NCBI GenBank assembly: GCA_001642005.1 | Contig: LWCA01000278.1 | Coordinates: 1-34,839, forward strand | Source: Intoshia linei | Taxonomy: Eukaryota > Animalia > Orthonectida | Direction of reading: 5' to 3' | Length of the DNA: 34,839 nt | Part shown: positions 18,501 to 28,200 of the stretch, one piece after another | Numbering within the stretch: position 1 is the first letter of the stretch | How the letters are laid out: every line of letters starts with the position of its first letter | Position numbers and translations under genes: made by a program | Notes under the pieces: generated by a model | What the model was told of the DNA's origin: nothing | Database searches by the model: none | Seen by the model: the letters and a program-made list of their open reading frames with translations, nothing else

Positions 18501-20120
18501 AATACATCAGATTTTATCACTATTTATTTATATTTATTATTTATAATTTTTGGTAGATATTTCATTTAATTGTTTGGTTTTTATATATCCTAATTTTATT
18601 GAATCAGTTAATCGTAATAGATTGTCAGTGTTTTTTGTAATCATAAATTCGGAGGATAGCTGTTTGTTTAAAACAATTTTACCTTTCCGATTAAGTGTAA
18701 CTTTTGATTATTCGCCGCCAACAAAGTTTCATTTGTCTGTTGTATTTGAAGAGTAATGTCAAACTGGTTCAAGGTTTCTAAATTTAAACAGTTATCTTGA
18801 GTGCCAGTATCAATTATGCAATTAACTATTACCTCATCAGAGTTTGTTGATAATTTCACGTTTTCGCGCAAGTTTTTATTTTCAACTAGACGTACCTTTT
18901 TTTTGTAATAATTGTTGTTTTGATAGGGTTTTTGTGAATTATTCAATTCTTTATAAGTTTTCATAATGCTTATTAATTGTAATGGTTCATATCTCGTATA
19001 GCATATTTTTAGATCTGTCGGTATATCTATTCGACATCTCGCACCCTCAAGGATTAAGAACATATAAACATGGAACAACGGCGCTTTCTTTAGCATAAAC
19101 AGTAAGTTTGACCATATTCAGAAATTCTTGTATGTTTAGCTTTAAATTGACGTCTGGGTAAATATTAGACCAACGATTGTATTGTTAATACATGAAACTT
19201 CGAGTTATTTCAACATTCTCTTTTGCTACTGTGAAATTGATAACATGTACCGACCTATATTCAGTAATATTAATTAGTCCATCTCCTATCCCTGCATTTT
19301 GAACCCATATATCCAAGTGAGAACCAGATTCTTTAATGATAATAATATCCCTAGTTGTACTGTTTAATAGACAACCTGTGAAGGTACCATGACTTCATTG
19401 ATAATATTCAAGTCTTTTAAAATTCTACGCAGTGAATATATACTATCTATTCCATACTTTGCGTCTATGCACGGTGTGTCATCTAAATTCAGGTTTAAAT
19501 CTCCACACCAATTATCAACTTCTTCTGGATTATTATCAGCTTCATTATTTACATTGCCCAGATTTATTTTATCATCATCATCCTCACCAAAATTGACTAA
19601 TGTATTCCCGTTATTCGCATATTGTGCGACGTAGTCATGTATCTTATTCTTCCATAAAGAAAAATAACCCTAATTCTTTGCATAAATTCGAAAATTTTCT
19701 TGATATTAACGGTCTAGTTTAGATATAATTCACAATTTTCACCACTTGGTTTAGAACAATTTTGATTTCTACTCATGCTTCTCGGTGAAGAAAGCAATGA
19801 GTTGTTATCATGTTAAAATTTTCCATTATAGGGATATGATGTCATAATTGGTTTATATTTGCCTCTTTAGTAATTATTTTGATAAACTTTCTATTATACT
19901 AGATAAATCTTTAATATTATGAACCTTGTGTCTAAGTAGTTCGAAATTTATGTGACATTATCATATTCAGGATATCGCAGGTACCTATAATTGTAAGATG
20001 TATTTAAAATAAATACGAATACAAAAACTACATTCTTATAATTCCTGATTGACATTTATATTTATCTTATATTTAGATAGCGCTCCAAATGCCCCACCTA
20101 TGGGAGGCGGCTGAGGATAA
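15507..20120 (+). CDS. SELENOK: Selenoprotein K (85 aa, Sec at penultimate position)
   Basis: Exons 15507-15525, 15567-15648, 15704-15816, 20077-20120 give MVYISNGNIHDRRPFSLDYIKEIFYYIYQLIALFFSTLIEPF...GGGRRMGGINHNSAPNAPPMGGG-U-G*. This matches the SelK hallmarks MVYISNG, a single TM helix, RRMGxINH and PPMxGGUG. TGA is at 20112-20114, TAA at 20118-20120, and a SECIS lies downstream. Confidence 0.93.
15906..16079. mobile_element. Small MITE-like element in SELENOK intron 3
   Basis: 12-bp perfect inverted termini tgttagtgataa / ttatcactaaca, plus internal inverted ggcaagttttt / aaaaacctgcc. Confidence 0.5.
16764..17330 (-). mobile_element. hAT (Buster/ZBED5/SCAND3-like) transposon remnant: one TIR plus transposase C-terminal dimerisation domain
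   Basis: TIR cagtgtttcccaacc at 16764 is preceded by atttagat (nnnTAnnn). The minus-strand peptide YPRLWEKVKLLLLPFPSFYLVERGFSAVVNLLTKKNNRL...GDLRLFLS ends at 17051. Confidence 0.85.
17480..19680 (-). pseudogene. Decayed Ty3/gypsy LTR retrotransposon gag(?)-pol
   Basis: Protease CIIDTG (~18820), RT KKKDGSYR...FSTLDLQSGYWQIPL then frameshift to KTAFTT, KADPEKTEAIKNIPTP...ILGMFAY, and RNase H FYIETDAS...LGAVL...FRYYLLGKHFKIYTDHNPL. It has several frameshifts and the YxDD segment is deleted. No integrase or LTRs were recognised. The upstream gag assignment is positional only. Confidence 0.88.
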
Positions 20121-20159
20121 AGATGACAATTTGTTTAGTTAAAACAAATTGTCTACCTC

Positions 20160-20239
20160 TGAAAAATTTTAATATAACATGATAACTATTGAAAGAAAGT
20201 AATATTTTCAATAGTCTGACAAATATTTGTAATTTTTCA
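20160..20239 (+). promoter_or_regulatory. Eukaryotic SECIS element (type I-like) in the SELENOK 3' UTR
   Basis: Helix I: tgaaaaatt/aatttttca and aatat/atatt. Core: ATGAT (20179-83) opposite TGAC (20217-20). Helix II: actattgaaag/ttttcaatagt. The apical loop begins AAA (20196-20204). AATAAA follows at 20245. Confidence 0.88.
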
Positions 20240-20263
20240 AATTTAATAAATTATTATACATGT

Positions 20264-22574
20264 TTAAATTGTAGTTACTCCACAGTAAATATTTTTGTTT
20301 TTAATAAAATCAATCAATTGATTTCTTTTATTTGATATCTTTTCTACCTGATCGGTAATATCTTGATTAGTAACGTGAATGTTCTAAATTTTATGTAAAT
20401 AAAATTATAAAAATCAATTTTGTAAACCAATGTTTCTTAAATTGCGGTTCGTGGAAAATTGTGTACTATTTATGTTCATAATATAAATTCCATGGACCGA
20501 AAAAATAATTTGTAATTCTTTAAATATATTGTATTTTATGTAAATTTTTACATCCCAAACCAGTCTTTCACAATCGAATCGATGAAAAATTTTTACAAAG
20601 CAATTAATAAACATTCTAATTTATTTTTGACATTATTAATTCAATTTTTGTTTTGCAAAAAAGATAAAACGCTACAGTATAGTGGTTGCTCGTCAACTGT
20701 CATGTTAAGTTTAAAAATATTAATTGATATACATGTATAAGAGATTGATCGTCATCGATGGATCCATACTGACTGAGGGGAAGGTTAGGTAAATACTGCT
20801 GTTCCTCTAAACCTGCAACAATCGATTGAATTGAATTTGGTACATTTTTATTTTCTATAATAAAAATTTATAATACACTTTAAATAATTAAAATACGTTT
20901 AATGCAGGGTGGAACGTCATTGTCTTTTATATTCAATCGGCGATTCCAGTACATCTAAATGGTACATTTTAATGAAATAGATACTGTAATCAAATTGAAT
21001 CATGTAGTAAATTAAAGTAATCAGTTGAAATTTATTTGGGTTTAACTCAAGTATTAAAAAATGCACTATTGATAAATATCCTGAACATAAACTCCTTATA
21101 CCAACATGTGAACTAGCAGTGGTCAAAGCTGAAAAAAATCACCAAATATTCTAGTTGTAGCCTACCAGTATTATTTTGCTCACTTAGGCATATATTTCTA
21201 GAATAAACTGAAAATTACCTGTCTGGGTCTGAGTTGTTGATTTTGTGTAATACCGTTGGATTTTGAATTATCAAATTTCATAGCATGACGACGAGAAGGA
21301 AAATCAACACTCACATCATAATTTTCTATAAATCAACATGTAAAAAAAAAAAAATAATAATGAACCATTTCGCTTGATTTTATCAATATTATTTTTCTTT
21401 CTATTTCTAGATAAACGATAAGTTCCAGTATCATAATCAAAATTTGACAAATCAATCAACTCGCCTAACTCGTGCGCCAATTCCGCTTTGTTTTTGCAAA
21501 TATGCCCCGTGGGTCTAAAATTAATATAAAGGGGGCATTAATATTTAATTGTAGCTAAATTTTAAGTCATTTAAATTGTCAAAATAGAAACATAATATTA
21601 TCAATAGGTCTACCCGGTACGTATGCATATTGATAATGTTACGGACGAAATATAATTAAAAAGTGTCATTTTTAAATGAAAATATATTATATCTTAACCC
21701 ATATACTCCCAGTGTGACCATATGGTCACATAACATTACATTTATAAAAACACGTATCAAATTGAAACAGTTAATTAAATGAATTAGTATATTATATAAA
21801 ATTCGAGTATATTAGTTATGAGTTTTCACCGATTAGCCTCCTGTGTCACTGACAGTGGCCCAAAATGATTTTTCAAAGCAAAAAAAAATTCACTGAAAAA
21901 ATTTTTTATATTTTTTTTGTTAAAGTTGTAATAACTGAATTTAATGAATACCATATGATGAATTCATGTATTGGCTACAATTTGATGAAATAATTAGGTA
22001 TATTGACGATGCGGTTTTATATATACACGCTTTTATTTGCCTTATTCTCCCAATGTGAACATATGGAATGTGAAATAATTCCATAACTACAATTGGTAAT
22101 TACCTAAAATTATATATGGTGAGAAATAGGCAAATATGTATTAACTTCCCAAATTTTTAGAAAAATCCAGGCCAAAAAATTGGAAAAAATTGGAAAAAAT
22201 TTGTCTGGGAGTATATGGGTTAATATTTAGTGCAGTAAAATCGAAATTTTTTATTTTCCAATGGCCCATGTTAGACAACACTAATGGTCGTCATTATTTT
22301 ATTTCAGTGCCACCTCTTTTGTGAACATTACACCAATCACAAAATTACTTACAATTGACAACAATGTATAAGAAAAATTAACAAAATATAAATTTGTATA
22401 AAAATTACGAAACATATTCAACTATCTTTGTACATCTTAAAATTCCACCATATTTCAATTCTACTTCTAAATATGAAATTAAAAAATTAAGTACATTGTA
22501 TTAAAATTATAATTACTTTTTTTCCAATCTTTAGGAAGTGAATTTATATTAAATATTCCAGTTTTTACATCCAT
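20264..22574 (-). CDS. MBD2/3: Divergent methyl-CpG-binding domain protein MBD2/3 (223 aa, 7 exons)
   Basis: Exons 22574-22517, 22466-22409, 21514-21366, 21325-21219, 20954-20897, 20854-20733, 20383-20264 total 672 nt in an open frame. MBD: LPKDWKK...YVSPTG...LGELIDLSNFDYDTG. PRQ|MYWNRRL corresponds to PRQLFWEKRL. The C-terminal coiled coil IHVTNQDITDQVEKISNKRNQL corresponds to FIVTDEDIRKQEERVQQVRKKL. Confidence 0.88.
21698..22219. mobile_element. piggyBac-type MITE in MBD2/3 intron 2
   Basis: Perfect 15-bp TIRs cccatatactcccag / ctgggagtatatggg with TTAA on both sides (21694-97, 22220-23). Confidence 0.9.
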
Positions 22575-22780
22575 ATTAAATTTAATTTTTTGAAATAAAA
22601 ATATCAATGACAACTGTTACCATATACTAAATAATCATAATTTATAAATAAATAAATTAATTTCAATTTTTCAATTTTTAAATAGAAAGTTACTAGTAGT
22701 AACTGTTACTGTTGTTCTTGGCCACAAAATAAATTTACTTTATTTACAATTACAATGTTAGTTAATTTTCTTATAAAAAA

Positions 22781-23908
22781 ATGAAAAATGTGTAAATTAT
22801 TTAAAATTCTTTAAAGTTTAAATAGATTATAATTATAATCTTTATATATATAAAATTTATAATTATAATTTTATAAATTTTTATAACGTTTACTAAGATA
22901 TTTTATAATTTAATTAATTAGCGTAAACATTGACGACGATTCGGGTTCAGGATTTTTCCATGAAAAGAAGAAAGAAAATTGTGAAATAATTAGAGGTTAA
23001 AATTTTTGAAATGATAAAATAACATGTAGAAATTGTCAAGTGTATGGAATGCCACAAAAATTTCCATTTACCGCAATTTTACCATGCATTTGGAATAGAA
23101 ATTTGTTTCTCATGCAGGTATACACTATTGTGGACAATTTTCAATAGTTATTTTTAAGCTAAAATTTGAATTTTTAAAAATTCAGTAAAATTACTTTGTA
23201 AAACTATTAGTCATTCCAATCCGTTTGGTTTTGACACCTATGCCACACCCATACCTTTTATTCCCGAGTATTTCTGTAAGAACAAAACCAACTACAGTAC
23301 GTTTAAAATTAGCTGATTAGTTGACACAAATTTTGTGTATTATATTTTTTTAATATTTATACATTAAAGTTTTAATGTGTAGTTATTTAGTAGTAAAATT
23401 GATAAATACAAATGTATAACCCGAACTGACTGCAAAAAGAAATATTTATTGAAAGATTCTGATCTTGATAATAATGAACCTTTAAATTTTATGCTTAAAA
23501 ATACTTTTCGCCAAATTCGAAATAAAAAGGTCAAAATTTCCATTAAATTATACCTCAAAAGTCAAGTTGTCGAAAAATCTCTTAAAATATGGGGTTCCTT
23601 GGATAAAATCGAAGAAATTAAACTAATTAATCGTGATAAATTATCAGCTCGAAATACTAAAAAATTTGAAAAAGAAATAAAGAGTAATTTTTAAATATTA
23701 TACCTTTAAATTATACATTTTGTACAAATTTAGGTTTTTAGTAATATTCATAATATATTTTTTAGATATGAGATTTAAAACCAACCAAATTCCTTTTAAA
23801 ATTAGTGAACCCCATCACCACAATTTTGAAATTTTAAACGATAAAAATGCAACCGGAACAAAACGATGTATTATTTGTGAAAAAATTGTTGAATATGAAA
23901 TTTTATAA
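22781..23908 (+). CDS. XPA: DNA repair protein XPA/Rad14 (~202 aa, 5 exons)
   Basis: Exons 22781-22791 (tentative), 22922-22995, 23030-23117, 23391-23683, 23766-23908. Motifs: DSGSGFF (cf. DTGGGF), zinc finger CMEC-x17-CFSC, KYLLKDSDL, KLYLKSQVVEKSLKIWGS, and C-terminal HHHNF...CIICEKIVEYEIL. Confidence 0.92.
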
Positions 23909-24504
23909 TAAATATTTTATTTACATGTTAATTTTTACAAGACTTTAGTTTTGTGAATCATGAAGAGCCGAATAAAATATGTCCTACATTTTTGCCCTAT
24001 AACCCTATACAATGGTAACTTACCATTGCAAGTAGCCACCTCTCCATAGACCGGGACTTAGAGTTTCAATTTGGCACAAAATAGTTATGATATTATAATT
24101 CTCAATTCGGAAAACTGTCGTTAATGCATCTGAACATGCATAACGTATTTGTATTGAAGGATCGGCTCTGGAATAATTGTTATTTGTTTTTATCTTTATT
24201 TTTAACTTAAAATGTAATTAAAGTATACTTTATTTTTTAGTAAAGTATTCATCTTATTAAATTTGAATAACTAATAGCAAATTTAATTATCGATAATAAA
24301 AAAATTAAATTTAAAAAGATACTATTTAAGTAATTAACAGAACTAATTAACTAATAGATATTTCTAAGTTTAAACTCTAACATGGTTAATTAAATAAATA
24401 TTTTAAGAAAGGAAATTAAGTTTTTGCCGATGAAGATATCAATTTGTGAAAAATAATTAATCACTAAATTTTTTGTTAATAAAATAATTCCGAAATATAA
24501 AAAA

Positions 24505-25010
24505 ATGAATACCCAAGTGCTTTTTTGACCGTAAAAGCGTCACTTTGTCAGATTGAAACTTTTTATGTGAAGACTGGATATAACTGTATCAGCTGTAATT
24601 TTTTTTATAGTACTAGCATTATTTTCATTTTTAAAAAAGTGTAATCTAGGGTTTTGATCCTTGAAAATGCACTTTTTTGGGTTTACGTTAATGATTTATG
24701 ATGTTTATGATTTGAAAATTAGATATGTTATATAATATTCTATACTTATTTTATAAAAAAAAGAGTAATCAGGGTTTTGGCCATGAAGATATAAGATTTT
24801 AAAATTGAAATTTATTATAATGTTGATGATTTTGAAATGATTATCAGATTGTATTTTTTTATAATTCTAGGACTCGTTTGATTTTTAAAAAAAAAAGAGA
24901 TAATTGGGATTTTTGACTTTGAATGACTCAATTTCTGAAAATCAAATTTGCGATAACCTCAGCCTCGAAAAACTATATTAGAAATATGGAATTTTTAAAA
25001 CTAGACCCTC
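24505..25010. repeat. Dispersed repeat, copy B (uninterrupted)
   Basis: Same-orientation diverged homolog of 1050-1340 + 2095-2340. A ttttgac/ttttgat-like motif recurs about every 130 bp. Confidence 0.7.
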
Positions 25011-25295
25011 TTACTTTCTTAAACTGGTATACTGGATAAACTGGAACAGATAAATAGATTAATAAATAAACAGACATTTATTTTTACCGTTATTACTTTG
25101 TAAGGATCAACAATATCATCATTCGGAAAGATTATGTAGTTTAAAAAATAAAAATATTAACATGTAAATAAATTTATTAACGAATAAATGCGATTAAATA
25201 TGTATATTAAATTATATTGAATTATATCTTATAATAATTAAATTGACTCATTTACTTTGCCTAAATAATTAAAACATTAAAAACTGGTAAATATA

Positions 25296-28200
25296 TTATA
25301 TACTGCAAGTAACTTTCCATGGCTCAAGTGGTTTACATGGTTTACATGATGAACACGCGCATGTAAGCGCACTGACCCATTTATCTGAACATTTCTTTCC
25401 ATCTTTGAATCCATTAATATTTTTAGTTTCTAATTAAACATAAGATGAAATAATAAATGAATTAAAATTAAAAATACTCGTGACTAAACATGTTAAACAG
25501 TGATGTGTGTTGTGTCTATGACTCTTTGTAATATCCTTAACCCTATGAGTATGTTCATAACCGACACAACATCCGTAGCAATAACCGAGATGCTATACAA
25601 TTATATTAAAAATTATAAAATGCTTCATTTTACGTATTCGCATCCGCTAACTTTGTCAATGACCGTTTCATGATATAGAGCACATTCTGTAATTGGCCTG
25701 AGAGTGGTAATGATTGTAGTACTTGGACTAATTTGATATAAATAATATTAAAATAATTCTTACGTTGTTGACGTTGAAGTACTTGTTGTTGGAGAACTAA
25801 TATATGGTTTGACATTAATATACAGTTATTATTATAAAAGTGTTACAGAATATAACATGGGGTAGGTGAACAGTTTTGATAAATGTAAAAAAATAATTTC
25901 ATTAATAATAAAAAGACCACACCATCACCTCGTTTTCGTCGCAAAATTCAAATATATCATATATGGTTGGATATGGATTATTATAATTCAGTGGTCATTC
26001 TTATGTATTATTTATTCTCTGCGGGTTTGCTAGGACCATCATCACTGTAGTAATGATTTTTATGTATAATGAAAAGTTTTATTTCTTTAACAAGGCCTAT
26101 TTACCATCTTAGATATGATACAATGCAAACGAGGATATAATTATATTGTGCATTGGACTGCATATATTTATATTTATTTACTTACGTAGTTGATGAAGTT
26201 AAAGTTGAATTAGGTATGATAATTAATGGTAATAATTTAAAATGTACCTTGTGGATGTCGATGTTGTAGTTGGAGTAGTAGTCGAACTTGTTGATGTTGT
26301 TGAGGTTGTAGGAGTACTGTTAAATTAAAAAATCAATATTATCAAAAATTATGCATAAGAAATTACGTTGTAGAAGTTCTAAAATAAATAATCAATGATA
26401 CAAATCAAAATACATTATCAAAAATTACGTGGATGTTGTAGGGGTAGTAGTAGTAGTTGTAGGGGTGGTAGTAGTAGTTGTAGGGGTGGTAGTAGTAGTT
26501 GTTGTTGTTGGGGTTGTTGTAGTTGAAGTTGTTGGGGTTGTTGTAGTCGAAGTTGTGGGGGTAGTAGTGGTAGTTGTTGGAGTTGAGGTAGTAGTAGTGG
26601 TTGTAGTGGTTGTAGGTGTTGTTGAAGTGGTAGAAGTAGACGATGTCGGTATTGTGGTTGTTGGTGTAGTAGTAGTTGTAGTACTAATATAAATATTACA
26701 TAATTATGAGTATTGTTATGAGTAAATATTAATAAAATATTACGTTGTAGATGTAGTAGACGTACTAGAATAAAATTATTAGAATTGATTTTAAAATTTT
26801 TTCAATAATTAAAAAAATAAATAAATACAAATATGATATTTTACAAAATTATTACCTTGTCGTTGTTGGTGTAGTAGTAGTTGTGGTTGGAGTGGTGGTA
26901 GTTGTTGTAGGAGTTGTAGTAGAAGTGGATGAGGTTGTCGTCGGCGTACTAATGATTAAAATTTTGCATGAATATATTTATAATGTTAGTGAATAAATTA
27001 CATTGTTGTCGTTGAAGTTGAAGACCTATTATAAAATAGAATAATCAATAAATAATTATTAAATGGACAATGTACATCATTATTAATGTTCTTAACTTAT
27101 AAAAATGTCAATGTATGTCTGTATTTTATGAATCATTTATTTAAAAAACTTAATTAAATATTTACATACTTATTTAAAAATATTCATTTAATCGTTTGAA
27201 TAGGTGTATTTTTTTATACTGAAAAGTATCTAACTATTTAAATTTATAAAAAAATTTTAAAATTACGATGTTGTCGTTGTAGGCGTAGTGGTTGTTCTAG
27301 TTGTTGGTGTTGTGGTAGATGTTGAGGTAGTTGAAGTAGTTGTAGGCGTTGTCGAAGTAGTTGATGTTGAAGAAGTTGTTGTGGGTGTAGTAGTTGTAGG
27401 TGTTGTAGAAGTAGTTGAAGTACTAGATGTACTAGTGGTTGTCGGTGTAGTTGTGGTAGTAGTGGGAGTAGTCGTAGATGTTGATGTTGTGGGAGTTCTA
27501 ATATTAGAAATATATTAATGTTTATTAAAGGCATACGTAGTAGTCGAAGTGCTAAATGAAAAGGTTATATAAATAAAACTGAATTTAATTTCTAAATGTA
27601 CCTTGTAGTGGTAGTTGAGGGAGTTGTAGTAGACGTAGATGTTGTCGTTGGTGTTCTAAACATTCCAGTTTAATAAATATTAATAGAGAACATGTATAAA
27701 ACTTAAATACACACCCTAATTTATCAGCGTATTTACTTCTACAAACCAATAATTTTACATATACATTTACATTTACAACAAATAATAAATAACAATGATA
27801 AATATCAACCATACATTTTACCACCATACAACTTTTATTATACTAATAAAATACATCTAAGGAAATTGACTTGTAGATCTACAATACGTTCCGCATTGAA
27901 GTAATAATAACATTATTATATAATTATAGCATAAACATACGTTGTAGTTGTTGGCGTAGTAGTTGTAGTGGTAGTAGTTGTAGTTGTGGGTGTCCTGTTA
28001 AATGAAAATAATAATTAAAAATATATTTACTTAATTGTTCATCTTAACCTTTTAACAATAATCATTAATTTTTATAATTTTATAAAAATTACGTTGAACT
28101 AGTGGTTGTAGGAGTCGTAGTTGTAGTTGTGGGAGTGCTAATATAATTATATATGATAAAATTGCATTATTATTTCAATGTAATAATATACCTTGTTGAA

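Noticed and set aside
20077-20115. Possible right end of the hAT element starting at 16764 (aatgcccc...tgggaggcggctg)
   Set aside because: It has no matching TSD and is better explained as SELENOK exon 4.
20917-21126. 69-aa minus ORF and a possible 13-nt micro-exon at 21166-21178
   Set aside because: The region is mostly MBD intron 4. The conserved MYWNRRL exon is in another frame and the micro-exon has a poor acceptor.
21160-21175. TAATACTG (miR-8/200 seed) on the minus strand in an MBD intron
   Set aside because: The rest of the mature sequence does not match and no precursor hairpin is evident.
26429-27518. Val-rich + strand ORFs (26429-26692, 27288-27518) and Q/L-rich - strand ORFs
   Set aside because: They are antisense or off-frame shadows of Thr-rich mucin exons.
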